DNA from: Eledone cirrhosa
Taxonomy: Eukaryota
Assembly (NCBI GenBank): GCA_964016885.1
Contig: OZ024741.1
Location: 252,092,001-252,156,000 of the forward strand
Length of the DNA stretch: 64,000 nucleotides
Direction: 5' to 3'
Positions 18,001-36,000 of this stretch are shown here, one piece after another. The stretch's first letter is position 1, and every line of letters begins with the position of its first letter. A program made the translations under genes and the position numbers. The notes under the pieces were generated by a model that was not told the origin of the DNA, made no database searches, and worked only from the letters and a program-made list of their open reading frames with translations.

Positions 18001-21000
18001 ACACCACACCACACTATAACACAACTATCTACACGTCACCTCATAATACAAAACTACACTATACCACACCACACCACACTATAACACAACTCTCTACACG
18101 TCACCTCATAATACAAACTACACTATACCACACCAGACCAGACTACACTATAACACAACTCTCTACACGTCACCTCATAATACAAAACTACACTATACCA
18201 CACCACACCACACTACACTATAACACAACTCTCTACACATCACCTCATAATACAAAACTACACTATACCACACCACACCACACTACACTATAACACAACT
18301 CTCTACACATCACCTTATAATACAAAACTACACTATACCACACCACACTACACTATAACACAACTCTCTGCACATCACCTCATAATACAAAACTACACTA
18401 TACCACACCACACTACACTATAACAAAACTCACTACACATCACCTCATAATACAAAACTACACTATACCATACCACACCACACTACACTATAACACAACT
18501 CACTACACATCACCTCATAATACAAAACTACACTATACCACACCACACCACACTACACTATACTATAACACAACTCTCTACACATCACCTCATAATACAA
18601 AACTACACTATACCACACCACACTACACTATAACACAACTCTCTGCACATCACCTCATAATACAAAACTACACTATACCACACCACACCACACTACACTA
18701 TAACACAACTCTCTACACATCACCTCATAATACAAAACTACACTATACCACACCACACTACACTATAACACAACTCTCTACACGTCACCTCATAATACAA
18801 AACTACACTATACCACACCACACCACACTACACTATAACACAACTCTCTACACGTCACCTCATAATACAAAACTACACTATACCACACCACACCACACTA
18901 TAACACAACTCTCTACACGTCACCTCATAATACAAAACTACACTATACCACACCACACCACACTATAACACAACTCTCTACACGTCACCTCATAATACAA
19001 AACTACACTATACCACACCACACCACACTACACTATAAACAACTCTCTACACGTCACCTCATAATACAAAACTACACTATACCACACCACACCACACTAT
19101 AACACAACTCTCTACACGTCACCTCATAATACAAAACTACACTATACCACACCACACCACACTATAACACAACTCTCTACACGTCACCTCATAATACAAA
19201 ACTACACTATACCACACCACACTACACTATAACACAACTCTCTACACATCACCTCATAATACAAAACTACACTATACCACACCACACCACACTATAACAC
19301 AACTCTCTACACGTCACCTCATAATACAAAACTACACTATACCACACCACACCACACTACACTATAACACAACTCTCTACACATCACCTCATAATACAAA
19401 ACTACACTATACCACACCACACTACACTATAACACAACTCTCTACACGTCACCTCATAATACAAAACTACACTATACCACACCACACCACACTACACTAT
19501 AACACAACTCTCTACACGTCACCTCATAATACAAAACTACACTATACCACACCACACCACACTATAACACAACTCTCTACACGTCACCTCATAATACAAA
19601 ACTACACTATACCACACCACACCACACTATAACACAACTCTCTACACATCACCTCATAATACAAAACTACACTATACCACACCACACTACACTATAACAC
19701 AACTCTCTACACATCACCTCATAATACAAAACTACACTATACCACACCACACCACACTACACTATAACACAATTCTCTACACGTCACCTCATGATACAAT
19801 ACTAAACTATACCACACCACACTACACTATAACACAACTCTCTACACATCACCTCATAATACAAAACTACACTATACCACACCACACTACACTACACTAT
19901 AACACAACTCTCTACACATCACCTCATAATAGAAAACTACACTATACAACACCACACAACACTATAACACAACTCTCTACACATCACCTCATAATACAAA
20001 ACTACACTATACCACACCAGACCACACTACACTATAACACAACTCTCTACACATCACCTCATAATACAAAACTACACTATACCACACCACACAACACTAC
20101 ACTATAACACAATTCTCTACACATCACCTCATAATACAAAACTACACTATACCACACCACACTACACTACACTATAACACAACTCTCTACACATCACCTC
20201 ATAATACAAAACTACACTATACCACACCACACTACACTATAACACAACTCTCTACACATCACCTCATAATACAAAACTACACTATACCACACCACACTAC
20301 ACTATAACACAACTCTCTACACATCACCTCATAATACAAAACTACACTATACCACACCACACCACACTACACTAAAACACAACTCTCTACACATCACCTC
20401 ATAATACAAAACTACACTATACCACACCACACTACACTACACTATAACACAACTCTCTACACATCACCTCATAATACAAAACTACACTATACCACACCAC
20501 ACTACACTATAACACAACTCTCTACACATCACCTCATAATACAAAACTACACTATACCACACCACACCACACTACACTATAACACAACTCTCTGCACGTC
20601 ACCTCATAATACAAAACTACACTATACCACACCACACTACACTATAACACAACTCTCTACACGTCACCTCATAATACAAAACTACACTATACCACACCAC
20701 ACCACACTATAACACAACTCTCTACACGTCACCTCATAATACAAAACCACACTATACCACACCACACCACACTATAACACAACTCTCTACACGTCACCTC
20801 ATAATACAAAACTACACTATACCACACCACACCACACTATAACACAACTATCTACACGTCACCTCATAATACAAAACTACACTATACCACACCACACCAC
20901 ACTATAACACAAATCTCTACACGTCACCTCATAATACAAAACTACACTATACCACACCACACCACACTACACTATAACACAACTCACTACACATCACCTC

Positions 21001-24000
21001 ATAATACAAAACTACACTATACCACACCAGACCACACCACACTACACTATAACACAACTTTCTACACGTCACCTCATAATACAAAACTACACTATACCAC
21101 ACCACACCACACTACACTATAACACAACTCTCTACACATCACCTCATAATACAAAACTACACTATACCACACCACACTACACTATAACACAACTCTCTAC
21201 ACATCACCTCATAATACAAAACTACACTATACCACACCACACTATAACACAACTCTCTACACGTCACCTCATAATACAAAACCACACTATACCACACCAC
21301 ACCACACTATAACACAACTATCTACACGTCACCTCATAATACAAAACTACACTATACCACACCACACCACACTATAACACAACTCTCTACACGTCACCTC
21401 ATAATACAAACTACACCATACCACACCAGGCCAGACTACACTATAACACAACTCTCTACACGTCACCTCATAATACAAAACTACACTATACCACACCACA
21501 CCACACTACACTATAACACAACTCTCTACACATCACCTCATAATACAAAACTACACTATACCACACCACACTACACTATAACACAACTCTCTACACATCA
21601 CCTTATAATACAAAACTACACTATACCACACCACACTACACTATAACACAACTCTCTGCACATCACCTCATAATACAAAACTACACTATACCACACCACA
21701 CTACACTATAACACAACTCACTACACATCACCTCATAATACAAAACTACACTATACCACACCACACCACACTACACTATAACACAACTCACTACACATCA
21801 CCTCATAATACAAAACTGCACTATACCACACCACACCACACTACACTATACTATAACACAACTCTCTACACATCACCTCATAATACAAAACTACACTATA
21901 CCACACCACACTACACTATAACACAACTCTCTGCACATCACCTCATAATACAAAACTACACTATACCACACCACACCACACTACACTATAACACAACTCT
22001 CTACACATCACCTCATAATACCAAACTACACTATACCACACCACACTACACTATAACACAACTCTCTACACGTCACCTCATAATACAAAACTACACTATA
22101 CCACACCACACCACACTACACTATAACACAACTCTCTACACGTCACCTCATAATACAAAACTACACTATACCACACCACACCACACTATAACACAACTAT
22201 CTACACGTCACCTCATAATACAAAACTACACTATACCACACCACACCACACTATAACACAAATCACTACACGTCACCTCATAATACAAAACTACACTATA
22301 CCACACCACACCACACTACACTATAACACAACTCACTACACATCACCTCATAATACAAAACTACACTATACCACACCAGACCACACCACACTACACTATA
22401 ACACAACTTTCTACACGTCACCTCATAATACAAAACTACACTATACCACACCACACCACACTACACTATAACACAACTCTCTACACATCACCTCATAATA
22501 CAAAACTACACTATACCACACCACACTACACTATAACACAACTCTCTACACATCACCTCATAATACAAAACTACACTATACCACACCACACCACACTATA
22601 ACACAACTCTCTACACGTCACCTCATAATACAAAACCACACTATACCACACCACACCACACTATAACACAACTATCTACACGTCACCTCATAATACAAAA
22701 CTACACTATACCACACCACACCACACTATAACACAACTCTCTACACGTCACCTCATAATACAAACTACACTATACCACACCAGACCAGACTACACTATAA
22801 CACAACTCTCTACACGTCACCTCATAATACAAAACTACACTATACCACACCACACCACACTACACTATAACACAACTCTCTACACATCACCTCATAATAC
22901 AAAACTACACTATACCACACCACACCACACTACACTATAACACAACTCTCTACACATCACCTTATAATACAAAACTACACTATACCACACCACATTACAC
23001 TATAACACAACTCTCTGCACATCACCTCATAATACAAAACTACACTATACCACACCACACTACACTATAACACAACTCACTACACATCACCTCATAATAC
23101 AAAACTACACTATACCACACCACACTACACTATACTATAACACAACTCTCTACACATCACCTCATAATACAAAACTACACTATACCACACCACACCACAC
23201 TACACTATAACACAACTCTCTGCACATCACCTCATAATACAAAACTACACTATACCACACCACACCACACTACACTATAACACAACTCTCTACACATCAC
23301 CTCATAATACCAAACTACACTATACCACACCACACTACACTATAACACAACTCTCTACACGTCACCTCATAATACAAAACTACACTATACCACACCACAC
23401 CACACTACACTATAACACAACTCTCTACACGTCACCTCATAATACAAAACTACACTATACCACACCACACCACACTATAACACAACTCTCTACACGTCAC
23501 CTCATAATACAAAACTACACTATACCACACCACACCACACTATAACACAACTCTCTACACGTCACCTCATAATACAAAACTACACTATACCACACTACAC
23601 TATAACACAACTCTCTACACATCACCTCATAATACAAAACTACACTATACCACACCACACTAGACTATAACACAACTCTCTACACATCACTTCATAATAC
23701 AAAACTACACTATACCACACCACACTACACTATAACAAAACTCTCTACACATCACCTCATAATACAAAACTACACTATACCACACCACACCACACTACAC
23801 TATAACACAATTCTCTACACGTCACCTCATGATACAAAACTAAACTATACCACACCACACTACACTATAACACAACTCTCTACACATCACCTCATAATAC
23901 AAAACTACACTATACCACACCACACTACACTACACTATAACACAACTGTCTACACATCACCTCATAATACAAAACTACACTATACCACACCACACTACAC

Positions 24001-27000
24001 TATAACACAACTCTCTACACATCACCTCATAATACAAAACTACACTATACCACACCAGACCACACTACACTATAACACAACTCTCTACACATCACCTCAT
24101 AATACAAAACTACACTATACCACGCCAGACCACACTACACTATAACACAACTCTCTACACATCACCTCATAATACAAAACTACACTATACCACACCACAC
24201 TACACTACACTATAACACAACTCTCTACACATCACCTCATAATACAAAACTACACTATACCACACCACACTACACTATAACACAACTCTCTACACATCAC
24301 CTCATAATACAAAACTACACTATACCACACCACACTACACTATAACACAACTCTCTACACATCACCTCATAATACAAAACTACACTATACCACACCACAC
24401 CACACTACACTATAACACAATTCTCTACACATCACCTCATAATACAAAACTACACTATACCACACCACACTACACTACACTATAACACAACTCTCTACAC
24501 ATCACCACATAATACAAAACTACACTATACCACACGACACCACACTACACTATAACACAACTCTCTACACATCACCTCATAATACAAAACTACACTATAC
24601 CACACCACACTACACTACACTATAACACAACTCTCTACACATCACCTCATAATACAAAACTACACTATACCACACCACACTACACTATAACACAACTCTC
24701 TACACATCACCTTATAATACAAAACTACACTATACCACACCACACCACACTACACTATAACACAACTCTCTGCACGTCACCTCATAATACAAAACTACAC
24801 TATACCACACCACACTACACTATAACACAACTCTCTACACGTCACCTCATAATACAAAACTACACTATACCACACCACACCACACTATAACACAACTATC
24901 TACACGTCACCTCATAATACAAAACTACACTATACCACACAACACTACACTATAACACAACTCTCTACACGTCACCTCATAATACAAAACTACACTATAC
25001 CACACCACACCACACTACGCTATAACACAACTCACTACACATCACCTCATAATACAAAACTACACTATACCACACCAGACCACACCACACTACACTATAA
25101 CACAACTTTCTACACGTCACCTCATAATACAAAACTACACTATACCACACCACACCACACTACACTATAACACAACTCTCTACACATCACCTCATAATAC
25201 AAAACTACACTATACCACACCACACTACACTAGAACACAACTCTCTACACATCACCTCATAATACAAAACTACACTATACCACACCACACCACACTATAA
25301 CACAACTCTCTACACGTCACCTCATAATACAAAACCACACTATACCACACCACACCACACTATAACACAACTATCTACACGTCACCTCATAATATAAAAC
25401 TACACTATACCACACCACACCACACTATAACACAACTCTCTACACGTCACCTCATAATACAAACTACACTATACCACACCAGACCAGACTACACTATAAC
25501 ACAACTCTCTACACGTCACCTCATAATACAAAACTACACTATACCACACCACACCACACTACACTATAACACAACTCTCTACACATCACCTCATAATACA
25601 AAACTACACTATACCACACCACACCACACTACACTATAACACAACTCTCTACACATCACCTTATAATACAAAACTACACTATACCACACCACACTACACT
25701 ATAACACAACTCTCTGCACATCACCTCATAATACAAAACTACACTATACCACACCACACTACACTATAACACAACTCACTACACATCACCTCATAATACA
25801 AAACTACACTATACCACACCACACCACACTACACTATAACACAACTCACTACACATCACCTCATAATACAAAACTACACTATACCACACCACACCACACT
25901 ACACTATAACACAACTCTCTACACGTCACCCCATAATACAAAACTACACTATACCACACCACACCACACTATAACACAACTCTCTACACATCACCTCATA
26001 ATACAAAACTTCACTATACCAGACCACACCACACTACACTATAACACAATTCTCTACACGTCACCTCATAATACAAAACTACACTATACCACACCACACC
26101 ACACTACACTATAACACAACTCTCTACACGTCACCTCATAATACAAAACTACACTATACCACACCACACCACACTACACTATAACACAACTCTCTACACG
26201 TCACCCCATAATACAAAACTACACTATACCACACCACACTACACTATAATATAACACAACTCTCTACACATCACCTCATAATACAAAACTACACTATACC
26301 ACACCACACTACACTATACTATAACACAACTCTCTACACATCACCTCATAATACAAAACTACACTATACCACACCATACCACACTACACTATAACACAAC
26401 TCTCTGCACATCACCTCATAATACAAAACTACACTATACCACACCACACCACACTACACTATAACACAACTCTCTACACATCACCTCATAATACAAAACT
26501 ACACTATACCACACCAGACCACACCACACTACACTATAACACAACTTTCTACACGTCACCTCATAATACACAACTACACTATACCACACCACACCACACT
26601 ACACTATAACACAACTCTCTACACTTCACCTCATAATACAAAACTACACTATACCACACCACACCACACTATAACACAACTCTCTACACGTCACCTCATA
26701 ATACAAAACTACACTATACCACACCACACCACACTATAACACAACTCTCTACACGTCACCTCATAATACAAAACTACACTATACCACACCACACTACACT
26801 ATAACACAACTCTCTACACATCACCTCATAATACAAAACTACACTATACCACACCACACTACACTATAACTCACCACACTACACTATAACTCAACTCTCT
26901 ACACGTCACCTCATAATACAAAACTACACTATACCACACCACACCACACTACACTATAACACAACTCTCTACACATCACCTCATAATACAAAACTACACT

Positions 27001-30000
27001 ATACCACACCACACTACACTTTAACACAATTCTCTACACATCACCTCATAATACAAAACTACACTATACCACACCACACTACACTATAACACAACTCTCT
27101 ACACATCACTTCATAATACAAAACTACACTATACCACACCACACTACACTATAACACAACTCTCTACACATCACCTCATAATACAAAACTACACTATACC
27201 ACACCACACCACACTACACTATAACACAATTCTCTACACGTCACCTCATGATACAAAACTACACTATACCACACCACACTACACTATAACACAACTCTCT
27301 ACACATCACCTCATAATACAAAACTACACTATACCACACCACACTACACTATAACACAACTCTCTACACATCACCTCATAATACAAAACTACACTATACC
27401 ACACCACACTACACTATAACACATTTCTCTACACATCACCTCATAATACAAAACTACACTATACCACACCACACTACACTATAACACAACTCTCTACACA
27501 TCACCTCATAATACAAAACTACACTATACCACACCACACTACACTATAACACAACTCTCTACGCATCACCTCATAATACAAAACTACACTATACCACACC
27601 ACACTACACTATAACACAACTCTCTACACGTCACCTCATAATTCACAACTACACTATACCACACCACACTACACTATAACACAACTCTCTACACATCACC
27701 TCATAATACAAAACTACACTATACCACACCACACCACACTACACTATAACACAACTCTCTACACATCACCTCATAATACAAAACTACACTATACCACACG
27801 ACACTACACTATAACACAACTCTCTACACGTCACCTCATAATACAAAACTACACTATACCACACCACACTACACTACACTATAACACAACTCTCTACACA
27901 TCACCTCATAATACAAAACTACACTATACCACACCACACTACACTATAACACAATTCTCTACACATCACCTTATAAATCAAAACTACACTATACCACACC
28001 ACACTACACTATAACACAACTCTCTACACGTCACCTCATAATACAAAACTACACTATACCACACCACACTACACTACACTATAACACAACTCTCTACACG
28101 TCACCTCATAATACAAAACTACACTATACCACACCACACTACACTATAACACAACTCTCTACACATCACCTCATAATACAAAACTACACTATACCACACC
28201 ACTCTACACTACACTATAACACAACTCTCTACACATCACCTCATAATACAAAACTACACTATACCACACCACACTACACTATAACACAACTCTCTACACA
28301 TCACCTCATAATACAAAACTACACTATACCACACCACACCACACTACACTATAACACAATTCTCTACACATCACCTCATAATACAAAACTACACTATACC
28401 ACACCACACCACACTACACTATAACACAACTCCTACACATCACCTCATAATACAAAACTACACTATACCACACCAGACCACACTACACTATAACACAACT
28501 CTCTACACGTCACCTCATAATACAAAACTACACTATACCACACCACACTACACTATAACACAACTCTCTACACGTCACCTCATAATACAAAACTACACTA
28601 TACCACACCACACCACACTACACTATAACACAACTCTCTACACGTCACCTCATAATACAAAACTACACTATACCACACCACACTACACTATAACACAACT
28701 CTCTACACATCACCTCATAATACAAAACTACACTATACCACACTACACTACACTACACTATAACACAACTCTCTACACATCACCTCATAATACAAAACTA
28801 CACTATACCACACCACACTACACTATAACACAATTCTCTACACATCACCTCATAATACAAAACTACACCATACCACACCACACCACACTACACTATAACA
28901 CAACTCTCTACACATCACCTCATAATACAAAACTACACTATACCACAACACACCACACTACACTATAACACAACTCTCTACACATCACCTCATAATACAA
29001 AACTACACTATACCACACCACACTACACTATAACACAACTCTCTACACGTCACCTCATAATACAAAACTACACTATACCACACCACACTACACTATAACA
29101 CAACTCACTACACATCACCTCATAATACAAAACTACACTATACCACACCAGACCACACCACACTACACTATAACACAACTCTCTACACGTCACCTCATAA
29201 TACAAAACTACACTATACCACACCACACCACACTATAACACAACTATCTACACGTCACCTCATAATACAAAACTACACTATACCACACCACACCACACTA
29301 TAACACAACTCTCTACACGTCACCTCATAATACAAAACTACACTATACCACACCACACCACACTACACTATAACACAACTCTCTACACATCACCTCATAA
29401 TACAAAACTACACTATACCACACCACACCACACTACACTATAACACAACTCTCTACACATCACCTTATAATACAAAACTACACTATACCACACCACACTA
29501 CACTATAACACAACTCTCTGCACATCACCTCATAATACAAAACTACACTATACCACACCACACTACACTATAACACAACTCACTACACATCACCTCATAA
29601 TACAAAACTACACTATACCACACCACACCACACTACACTATAACACAACTCACTACACATCACCTCATAATACAAAACTACACTATACCACACCACACTA
29701 CACTATAACACAACTCTCTACACATCACCTCATAATACAAAACTACACTATACCACACCACACTACACTATAACTCAACTCTCTACACGTCACCTCATAA
29801 TACAAAACTACACTATACCACACCACACCACACTACACTATAACACAACTCTCTACACATCACCTCATAATACAAAACTACACTATACCACACCACACCA
29901 CACTACACTATAACACAACTCTCTGCACATCACCTCATAATACAAAACTACACTATACCACACCACACTACACTATAACTCAACTCTCTACACGTCACCT

Positions 30001-33000
30001 CATAATACAAAACTACACTATACCACACCACACCACACTACACTATAACACAACTCACTACACATCACCTCATAATACAAAACTACACTATACCACACCA
30101 CACTACACTATGACACAACTCTCTACACATCACTTCATAATACAAAACTACACTATACCACACCACACTACACTATAACACAACTCTCTACACATCACCT
30201 CATAATACAAAACTACACTATACCACACCACACCACACTACACTATAACACAATTCTCTACACGTCACCTCATGATACAAAACTACACTATACCACACCA
30301 CACTACACTATAACACAACTCTCTACACATCACCTCATAATACAAAACTACACTATACCACACCACACTACACTATAACACAACTCTCTACACATCACCT
30401 CATAATACAAAACTACACTATACCACACCACACTACACTATAACACATTTCTCTACACATCACCTCATAATACAAAACTACACTATACCACACCACACTA
30501 CACTATAACACAACTCTCTACACATCACCTCATAATACAAAACTACACTATACCACACCACACTACACTATAACACAACACTCTACGCATCACCTCATAA
30601 TACAAAACTACACTATACCACACCACACTACACTATAACACAACTCTCTACACGTCACCTCATAATTCAAAACTACACTATACCACACCACACTACACTA
30701 TAACACAACTCTCTACACATCACCTCATAATACAAAACTACACTATACCACACCACACCACACTACACTATAACACAACTCTCTACACATCACCTCATAA
30801 TACAAAACTACACTATACCACACGACACTACACTATAACACAACTCTCTACACGTCACCTCATAATACAAAACTACACTATACCACACCACACTACACTA
30901 CACTATAACACAACTCTCTACACATCACCTCATAATACAAAACTACACTATACCACACCACACTACACTATAACACAACTCTCTACACGTCACCTCATAA
31001 TACAAAACTACACTATACCACACCACACTACACTATAACACAACTCTCTACACGTCACCTCATAATACAAAACTACACTATACCACACCACACTACACTA
31101 CACTATAACACAACTCTCTACACGTCACCTCATAATACAAAACTACACTATACCACACCACACTACACTATAACACAACTCTCTACACATCACCTCATAA
31201 TACAAAACTACACTATACCACACCACTCTACACTACACTATAACACAACTCTCTACACATCACCTCATAATACAAAACTACACTATACCACACCAGACTA
31301 CACTATAACACAATTCTCTACACATCACCTCATAAAACAAAACTACACTATACCACACCACACCACACTACACTATAACACAACTCTCTACACATCACCT
31401 CATAATACAAAACTACACTATACCACACCAGACCACACTACACTATAACACAACTCTCTACACGTCACCTCATAATACAATACTACACTATACCACACCA
31501 CACTACACTATAACACAACTCTCTACACGTCACCTCATAATACAAAACTACACTATACCACACCACACCACACTACACTATAACAAAACTCTCTACACGT
31601 CACCTCATAATACAAAACTACACTATACCACACCACACTACACTATAACACAACTCTCTACACATCACCTCATAATACAAAACTACACTATACCACACTA
31701 CACTACACTACACTATAACACAACTCTCTACACATCACCTCATAATACAAAACTACACTATACCACACCACACTACACTATAACACAATTCTCTACACAT
31801 CACCTCATAATACAAAACTACACTATACCATACCACACCACACTACACTATAACACAACTCTCTACACATCACCTCATAATACAAAACTACACTATACCA
31901 CACCAGACCACACTACACTATAACACAACTCTCTACACGTCACCTCATAATACAAAACTACACTATACCACACCACACTACACTTTAACACAACTCTCTA
32001 CACGTCACCTCATAATACAAAACTACACTATACCACCCCACACCACACTACACTATAACACAATTCTCTACACATCACCTCATAATACAAAACTACACTA
32101 TACCACACCACACTACACTACACTATAACACAACTCTCTACACATCACCTCATAATACAAAACTACACTATACCACACCACACTACACTATAACACAACT
32201 CTCTACACGTCACCTCATAATACAAAACTACACTATACCACACCACACTACACTATAACACAACTCTCTACATGTCACCTCATAATACAAAACTACACTA
32301 TACCACACCACACCACACTACACTATAACACAACTCTCTACACATCACCTCATAATACAAAACTACAATATACCACACCACACCACACTACACTATAACA
32401 AAACTCTCTACACATCACCTCATAATACAAAACTACACTATACCACACCACACTACACTATAACACAACTCTCTACACGTCACCTCATAATACAAAACTA
32501 CACTATACCACACCACACTACACTATAACACAACTCACTACACATCACCTCATAATACAAAACTACACTATACCACACCAGACCACACCACACTACACTA
32601 TAACACAACTCTCTACACGTCACCTCATAATACAAAACTACACTATACCACACCACACCACACTATAACACAACTATCTACACGTCACCTCATAATACAA
32701 AACTACACTATACCACACCACACCACACTATAACACAACTCTCTACACGTCACCTCATAATACAAAACTACACTATACCACACCACACCACACTACACTA
32801 TAACACAACTCTCTACACATCACCTCATAATACAAAACTACACTATACCACACCACACCACACTACACTATAACACAACTCTCTACACATCACCTTATAA
32901 TACAAAACTACACTATACCACACCACACTACACTATAACACAACTTTCTGCACATCACCTCATAATACAAAACTACACTATACCACACCACACTACACTA

Positions 33001-36000
33001 TAACACAACTCACTACACATCACCTCATAATACAAAACTACACTATACCACACCACACCACACTACACTATAACACAACTCACTACACATCACCTCATAA
33101 TACAAAACTACACTATACCACACCACACCACACTACACTATAACACAACTCTCTACACATCACCTCATAATACAAAACTACACTATACCACACCACACCA
33201 CACTACACTATAACACAATTCTCTACACGTCACCTCATAATACAAAACTACACTATACCACACCACACCACACTACACTATAACACAACTCTCTACACGT
33301 CACCCCATAATACAAAACTACACTATACCACACCACACTACACTATACTATAACACAACTCTCTACACATCACCTCATAATACAAAACTACACTATACCA
33401 CACCACACTACACTACACTATAACACAACTCTCTACACATCACCTCATAATACAAAACTACACTATACCACACCACACCACACTACACTATAACACAACT
33501 CTCTGCACATCACCTCATAATACAAAACTACACTATACCACACCACACCACACTACACTATAACACAACTCTCTACACATCACCTCATAATACAAAACTA
33601 CACTATACCACACTACACTATAACACAACTCTCTACACGTCACCTCATAATACAAAACTACACTATACCACACCACACCACACTACACTATAACACAACT
33701 CTCTACACGTCACCTCATAATACAAAACTACTCTATACCACACCACACCACACTATAACACAACTCTCTACACGTCACCTCATAATACAAAACTACACTA
33801 TACCACACCACACCACACTATAACACAACTCTCTACACGTCACCTCATAATACAAAACTACACTATACCACACCACACTACACTATAACACAACTCTCTA
33901 CACGTCACCTCATAATACAAAACTACACTATACCACACCACACCACACTACACTATAACACAACTCTCTACACATCACCTCATAATACAAAACTACACTA
34001 TACCACACCACACCAAACTACACTATAACACAATTCTCTACACGTCACCTCATGATACAAAACTACACTATACCACACCACACTACACTATAACACAACT
34101 CTCTACACATCACCTCATAATACAAAACTACACTATACCACACCACACTACACTATAACACAACTCTCTACACATCACCTCATAATACAAAACTACACTA
34201 TACCACACCACACTACACTATAACACATTTCTCTACACATCACCTCATAATACAAAACTACACTATACCACACCACACCACACTACACTATAACACAACT
34301 CTCTACACATCACCTCATAATACAAAACTACACTATACCACACCACACCACACTACACTATAACACAACTCTCTACACATCACCTTATAATACAAAACTA
34401 CACTATACCACACCACACTACACTATAACATAACTCTCTGCACATCACCTCATAATACAAAACTACACTATACCACACCACACTACACTATAACACAACT
34501 CACTACCCATCACCTCATAATACAAAACTACACTATACCACACCACACCACACTACACTATAACACAACTCTCTACACATCACCTCATAATACAAAACTT
34601 CACTATACCAGACCAGACCACACTACACTATAACACAATTCTCTACACGTCACCTCATAATACAAAACTACACTATACCACACCACACCACACTACACTA
34701 TAACACAACTCTCTAAACGTCACCCCATAATACAAAACTACACTATACCACACCACACTACACTATACTATAACACAACTCTCTACACATCACCTCATAA
34801 TACAAAACTACACTATACCACACCACACTACACTATACTATAACACAACTCTCTACACATCACCTCATAATACAAAACTACACTATACCACACCACACCA
34901 CACTACACTATAACACAACTCTCTGCACATCACCTCATAATACAAAACTACACTATACCACACCACACCACACTACACTATAACACAACTCTCTACACAT
35001 CACCTCATAATACAAAACTACACTATACCACACCACACTACACTATAACTCAACTCTCTACACGTCACCTCATAATACAAAACTACACTATTCCACACCA
35101 CACCACACTACACTATAACACAACTCTCTACACATCACCTCATAATACAAAACTACACTATACCACACCACACTACACTTTAACACAATTCTCTACACAT
35201 CACCTCATAATACAAAACTACACTATACCACACCACACTACACTATAACACAACTCTCTACACATCACTTCATAATACGAAACTACACTATACCACACCA
35301 CACTACACTATAACACAACTCTCTAAACATCACCTCATAATACAAAACTACACTATACCACACCACACCACACTACACTATAACACAATTCTCTACACGT
35401 CACCTCATGATACAAAACTACACTATACCACACCACACTACACTATAACACAACTCTCTACACATCACCTCATAATACAAAACTACACTATACCACACCA
35501 CACTACACTATAACACAACTCTTTACACATCACCTCATAATACAAAACTACACTATACCACACCACACTACACTATAACACATTTCTCTACACATCACCT
35601 CATAATACAAAACTACACTATACCACACCACACTACACTATAACACAACTCTCTACACATCACCTCATAATACAAAACTACACTATACCACACCACGCTA
35701 CACTATAACACAACTCTCTACACGTCACCTCATAATTCAAAACTACACTATACCACACCACACTACACTATAACACAACTCTCTACACATCACCTCATAA
35801 TACAAAACTACACTACACCACACCACACCACACTACACTATAACACAACTCTATACACATCACCTCATAATACAAAACTACACTATACCACACGACACTA
35901 CACTATAACACAACTCTCTACACGTCACCTCATAATACAAAACTACACTATACCACACCACACTACACTACACTATAACACAACTCTCTACACATCACCT

